37,848 nt of DNA, taken from NCBI GenBank assembly GCA_016926155.1, contig JAFGPC010000106.1:1-37848 (forward strand), given 5' to 3'. This DNA is from Sedimentisphaerales bacterium. Its GTDB lineage: Bacteria > Planctomycetota > Phycisphaerae > Sedimentisphaerales > Anaerohalosphaeraceae. A program made the translations under genes and the position numbers. Positions 34,022-37,848 of this stretch are shown in pieces. Position 1 is the stretch's first letter. Each line of letters opens with the position of its first letter. The notes beneath the pieces were generated by a model. The model was given only the letters and a program-made list of their open reading frames with translations, was not told the DNA's origin and ran no database searches.

Positions 34022-34699
34022 GTGGCTATGGAATTTATCCAGGCGGCGTTTTCAGGGCCCAATCTTTTATGTACGATTTTTTTGCTGCTGATGTTCCTAT
34101 ACTGGATCATGGTCATCCTCGGCGCACTGGATGTTGAATTCCTTAATGTAGATGCCGGTGCGGATACAGATGTGGATCTGGATGTGGATGCGGATGCGGA
34201 TGCCGATACAGACGTTGATATAGGCGTAGGGGGCTTTCTGGATGGTTTTCTTGCCTTCTTTTATATCGGTACAATCCCGGTCATGGTTTTACTGAGCGTG
34301 CTGGCTTTATGCATGTGGTCTATTTCGATCCTTGCAAACTGGTATCTGAATCCAGGCGGTTCCGTGCTTGTGGGACTGCCCATTGCGATGGCAAATGTGA
34401 TTGTCAGTCTGATGATCTGTAAAATCGTTTGCATGCCTTTAGCGAGGTTTTTTTCCATGTTCAGAAAAGATTATAATGCTCCTCGCGCCGTCATCGGCAG
34501 AATCGGCAAGGTGATCACAACCGAAGTATCCGCCGGTCGAATTGGGCAGGTTGAGCTAACCACCCACGGCGCTCCGATCGTATTGAATGTCGTTACCGAT
34601 GGTTCGCATGTCTTCCATAAGGGGGACGAAGCCGTCATCGTAAATAAAGATGAAAAGAAAGGTGTCTATACGATAGCACCGGTAAATCTGGAGGATTGA
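34022..34699 (+). CDS. NfeD-like / YqiJ-like inner-membrane protein (flotillin partner) with C-terminal OB-fold
   Basis: 225 aa. N-terminal TM helix, the acidic insert VDAGADTDVDLDVDADADADTDVDIG, more TM helices and a C-terminal beta-rich segment (GRIGKVITTEVSAGRIGQVELTTHGAPIVLNV...KGDEAVIV) like NfeD/YuaF OB-folds. Its stop overlaps the flotillin start by 4 nt. Confidence 0.7.
   Translation: MAMEFIQAAFSGPNLLCTIFLLLMFLYWIMVILGALDVEFLNVDAGADTDVDLDVDADADADTDVDIGVGGFLDGFLAFFYIGTIPVMVLLSVLALCMWSISILANWYLNPGGSVLVGLPIAMANVIVSLMICKIVCMPLARFFSMFRKDYNAPRAVIGRIGKVITTEVSAGRIGQVELTTHGAPIVLNVVTDGSHVFHKGDEAVIVNKDEKKGVYTIAPVNLED
34148..34222 (+). repeat. in-frame (GAT-GYG)n hexanucleotide microsatellite-like tract encoding a (D-V/A)n acidic loop
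   Basis: gat gtg gat ctg gat gtg gat gcg gat gcg gat gcc gat aca gac gtt gat. Confidence 0.5.
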
Positions 34700-36696
34700 T
34701 TATGTTGGCAGCAGGTAATCCATTAATGACCGTGATTTATGTCGCCGGCGGATTTCTCATTCTGGTGTTTGTGGGAATGTTATTCCTGCTTCAATTCTAC
34801 CGTAAGGTAGCCCAGGGTCAGGCCTTAATCCGCAATGGTGTAGGGGGTACCAAAGTCAGCTTCTCGGGGATGTATGTAATTCCGATTCTGCACCGGGTTG
34901 AATTTATGGACATCTCGGTCAAGCGAGTTGAGATCGACAGGACCGGGGCACAGGGCCTGATCTGTCAGGACAACCTCCGGGCGGATATCAAGGTGGCCTT
35001 CTTTGTTCGGGTTAATAACACGGCCGAAGATGTCAAGAAGGTTGCCCAGGCCCTGGGATGCGTACGGGCATCCGATGAGAGGGCATTATATGAGCTATTT
35101 GATGCCAAGTTTTCCGAGGCATTGAAAACTATCGGAAAGCGGTTTGACTTTGCCGAATTGTACGTCGCTCGTGTGCGATTCAAGGAAGAGATCCTCCAGA
35201 TCATCGGAACGGACCTGAACGGTTATGTGCTGGAAGATGCCGCGATTGACTATCTCGAGCAGACCGACAAGAGCCTGCTGAATCCGAACAATATTCTGGA
35301 TGCCGAGGGCATCAAGAAGATTACGGTATTGACGGCCGAACAGTATGAGCTGGCCAACGCCCGGGAGCGAGAGAAAGACAAGACGATCACGAAGCAGAAC
35401 GTCGAGGCCCAGGAAGCGATTCTGGTATTGAATCGTCAGCTTGCCGAGGCCGAGGCCAAGCAGAAACGCGAGATTGCCTCCGTGCAGGCGCGCGAAGAGG
35501 CTGAGACAAAAAAGATCCAGGCCCAGGAAAAAGAAAAGTCCGAAAAGGCCCGCATCGGTGCCGATGAAGAAATCGCCGTCGCCGAAGAAAATAAGTTGCG
35601 TCAGATCATCGTCGCTGCCAAGAACAAGGATCGCACTGATGCGGTCGAGACCGAGCGGGTTGAGCGGGATCGCGGACTGGAAGCGACCGAACGCGAGCGC
35701 CTGGTGACGATCGCCCAGGTGGAGAAGGACAAGGCGGTCGAGGGCCAGAAGAAGGAATTACAGTCGGCAATCCGCGAACGGGTGATCGTCGAGAAATCAG
35801 TGGTTACGGAAGAAGAACGGATCAAGGATACAAGGGCCTTTGCAGGGGCAGACCGACAGAAACGGGTGGCGATTACCGACGCCGAAGAGAAGGCCGAACA
35901 GGCCCTCGTTAAGGATATCAAGGCGGCGGAAGCATCGAAGAAGGCCGCCGAGCACTATGCCGACCAGCAGGTGATCGAGGCCCAGGCGAACTTGGATGCC
36001 GCAGGTCGAAATGCCGATGCCAAGAGGACTTTGGCCGAGGCGGATGTAAAGGTGCAGGCCGTTGGGGGCTTTGCCGAAGCCGAGGTTACGGAAGCCAAGG
36101 CCGTCGCCCTGGAGAAACAGGGTACCGCCGAAGCGAATGTGATGGGGATGAAATATCATGCCGAGGCCGATGGAATCCGCGACAAGGCCGAGGCCATGAA
36201 GATCTTTGATGCGGTCGGCAAGGAACACGAGGAATTCAAGCTGCAGTTGAACAAGGATCTGGAGATTGAGCTGGCCGAGGTCAATGTGCAGAAGGACATT
36301 GCCGCCGAGCAGGCCAAGATTGTCGGCGAAGCGCTCAAGAGCGCCAAGATTGATATCGTCGGTGGCGACAACAACTTCTTCAACCGGCTGGTCAATTCTA
36401 TCACGACCGGCAAGCAGGTGGACCGGATGATCGATAACAGCCAGGCCTTAACTGGTCTGAAAGAGACACTGCTGGGCGATGATCCGGAGATGAACAAGCA
36501 GAAAATCCGTGAGTTCATCTCTCAATTCGGCCTGGACAGCGAGGATATTAAGAACCTCTCGGTCAGTGCACTGGTATTGAAACTGCTGGCAGATGCCGAT
36601 GAGCAGCAGAAGGGAACATTGAACCGGATCCTGGCCGCCGTGAAGGAAATGGGGATCGGCGATATGCCCGCTAAAAAATTGCTGGGGAATAAATAG
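34696..36696 (+). CDS. flotillin family protein (SPFH/band-7 domain + long EA-rich coiled coil; FloT/YqiK-like)
   Basis: 666 aa. N-terminal TM segment, SPFH core (VSFSGMYVIPILHRVEFMDISVKRVEID...GLICQDNLRADIKVAFFVRV) and ~300 aa of E/A/K-rich flotillin coiled coil. Confidence 0.85.
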   Translation: MIMLAAGNPLMTVIYVAGGFLILVFVGMLFLLQFYRKVAQGQALIRNGVGGTKVSFSGMYVIPILHRVEFMDISVKRVEIDRTGAQGLICQDNLRADIKVAFFVRVNNTAEDVKKVAQALGCVRASDERALYELFDAKFSEALKTIGKRFDFAELYVARVRFKEEILQIIGTDLNGYVLEDAAIDYLEQTDKSLLNPNNILDAEGIKKITVLTAEQYELANAREREKDKTITKQNVEAQEAILVLNRQLAEAEAKQKREIASVQAREEAETKKIQAQEKEKSEKARIGADEEIAVAEENKLRQIIVAAKNKDRTDAVETERVERDRGLEATERERLVTIAQVEKDKAVEGQKKELQSAIRERVIVEKSVVTEEERIKDTRAFAGADRQKRVAITDAEEKAEQALVKDIKAAEASKKAAEHYADQQVIEAQANLDAAGRNADAKRTLAEADVKVQAVGGFAEAEVTEAKAVALEKQGTAEANVMGMKYHAEADGIRDKAEAMKIFDAVGKEHEEFKLQLNKDLEIELAEVNVQKDIAAEQAKIVGEALKSAKIDIVGGDNNFFNRLVNSITTGKQVDRMIDNSQALTGLKETLLGDDPEMNKQKIREFISQFGLDSEDIKNLSVSALVLKLLADADEQQKGTLNRILAAVKEMGIGDMPAKKLLGNK

Positions 36697-36817
36697 ATGT
36701 AAAATTGCACGGACGGACCGGAACGGGCTTGACGCAGGATAATATCGAAAGCTTTGTTCCCGCTCGTCCGGTTTGCCATACCGACGATCGGTGATCGTGA
36801 AAGAGAGAGTGGTGACC

Positions 36818-37848
36818 ATGACCGAAAACGATCAGGATCAGGTCCAAGAGCAATCCGCCGACCAGATACAATTGGAAGGCGGCACCTATGAGGTGATTCG
36901 TCATCGACTGAGCAACCATGGTCGGGACTTGCGCCAGCGTCTGGACAAGCTTAACACCGCCCGAAAAGAGGTCTTCGGGGCGATCGAGAGCAAGCTGATC
37001 GCCAGCGAACGGATCAGCACACAGAACAATTGCGTGCCGCGCGACATGGTGCCCGTTGGAGATTCTTTTATCTTTGGCTACAATGTGTTTGTGGGATTGC
37101 GCACCGAGACGGTCGTTGCCGATGTATTCGCCGTCTATCGGTTCCAGGAGGGCAGCTTTGTCGAGAGTGGGCTGGAACTTATCACGGACGAGCAGTTCGA
37201 AGCCGACTTCAAAAATCTCTACAAGTATTACCGGCATACGGTCTTTTCCAAATTTGCCGTCATTGGACATCATCTGTTCATGGTCTTTCAGGTGGGTAAG
37301 GATGTCACGGATGTCAAAACCTTCAAGTGGCTGATCCGTGAAGGCAAACTGCAATACCTGGACAACCGCAGCGATCACGAATTCGTTTACCCGCCGCAGC
37401 ATGAGTTCGAATGGATTCGCACAACACAGGACATGCATCGCAGCGGTCTCAATCCGCATATCTCGATCGAAGACCGGATTTTTGTCGAGACGGTCGGAGG
37501 CGACCTGACGATTAAAATTGAGGACAATACCGCCAGCGGCGAGGGCATCTATTCCGAACCGGTGGATGATCCGGACCAGACGCTGAACGATGCGGAGATT
37601 TATTATGCGATCATCGGCAATGTGATTGCCCTGAAGATCCGCCCGTATCAGGAGCCCCACTTTCGATACATTCTCTACAGCGAAAAGACCCAGCGAGCCG
37701 TCCGGATCGATTCGGTTCGGGATGCGTGCGTGCTGCTGCCGGAAGATCACGGCCTGGTCTTTCCCAAGGGATATTTCCTGCAAACTGGCGATCTGAAACA
37801 GTTTGACACCGACATGCAGGATATGGTCTTTGAAAAAAGGATCAGTTC
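36818..37848 (+). CDS. hypothetical protein, 3'-truncated by the window end (>=343 codons, no stop); fifth gene of the PspA-flotillin operon
   Basis: Hand translation of the + frame from ATG 36818 (AAAGAGAGAG upstream) to the window end finds no stop: MTENDQDQVQEQSADQIQLEGGTYEVIRHRLSNHGRDLRQRL...VFEKRIS. Codon usage matches the neighbouring genes (GAC/CTG/ATC-rich). It is not in the supplied ORF track, which seems to omit ORFs without an in-window stop. No family recognised. Confidence 0.6.
   Translation, partial: MTENDQDQVQEQSADQIQLEGGTYEVIRHRLSNHGRDLRQRLDKLNTARKEVFGAIESKLIASERISTQNNCVPRDMVPVGDSFIFGYNVFVGLRTETVVADVFAVYRFQEGSFVESGLELITDEQFEADFKNLYKYYRHTVFSKFAVIGHHLFMVFQVGKDVTDVKTFKWLIREGKLQYLDNRSDHEFVYPPQHEFEWIRTTQDMHRSGLNPHISIEDRIFVETVGGDLTIKIEDNTASGEGIYSEPVDDPDQTLNDAEIYYAIIGNVIALKIRPYQEPHFRYILYSEKTQRAVRIDSVRDACVLLPEDHGLVFPKGYFLQTGDLKQFDTDMQDMVFEKRIS

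Noticed and set aside
36671-37783. 370-aa minus-strand ORF in the ORF track
   Set aside because: It is entirely antisense to a stop-free + strand frame with better codon usage and an RBS. The translation is Arg-rich and low complexity, and it overlaps the flotillin 3' end. I judge it a shadow ORF.
1-37848. CRISPR arrays / cas genes
   Set aside because: No regularly spaced direct repeats of 25-40 bp were seen. The only tandem repeats are the in-frame hexanucleotide tract in the NfeD-like gene and the beta-helix/LamG coding repeats.

Overview
This is a 37.8-kb stretch of bacterial chromosome with moderate to high GC. GGAG-type Shine-Dalgarno sites are frequent and several likely starts are GTG/TTG. 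I can support about 29 protein genes and one tRNA-Thr(CGU). I saw no rRNA, no CRISPR array, and no transposase, integrase or phage genes.

Gene order:
- 5'-truncated hypothetical ORF, queG, a GNAT gene, then a convergent LarE-like PP-loop gene whose GTG start sits 2 nt from the 3' end of the tRNA-Thr.
- A monocistronic 1322-aa secreted parallel beta-helix + 2xLamG giant protein.
- A + strand operon: ADP-forming acetyl-CoA synthetase, an acetyl-CoA hydrolase/transferase::GNAT fusion, a CN-hydrolase, a Tat-exported enolase-superfamily enzyme and an AcuC ortholog. It converges, across a shared perfect hairpin terminator, on a minus-strand acs (AMP-forming) - MFS transporter operon.
- A TM2-domain gene, a trpS - small DUF2007-like - scpA operon, alaS, and a minus-strand operon of aconitase - LOG - secreted hypothetical - hisD.
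- A 645-aa secreted discoidin-like/PKD-like/LamG/dockerin-like protein.
- A + strand operon of two tandem PspA/IM30 paralogs, a YqiJ/NfeD-like membrane protein with an acidic hexanucleotide-repeat insert, a flotillin, and an unrecognised gene of at least 343 codons that runs off the window end and is missing from the supplied ORF track.

The best candidates for something new:
- The PspA-PspA-NfeD-flotillin-unknown membrane module and its palindromic operator.
- The acetyl-CoA / lysine-acetylation-like cluster: a Pat-like architecture split across genes, with the GNAT fused to a CoA-transferase, next to AcuC and acs.
- The tRNA-abutting leaderless larE-like gene.

All family assignments come from motif-level reading of the translations. 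No database search was run.
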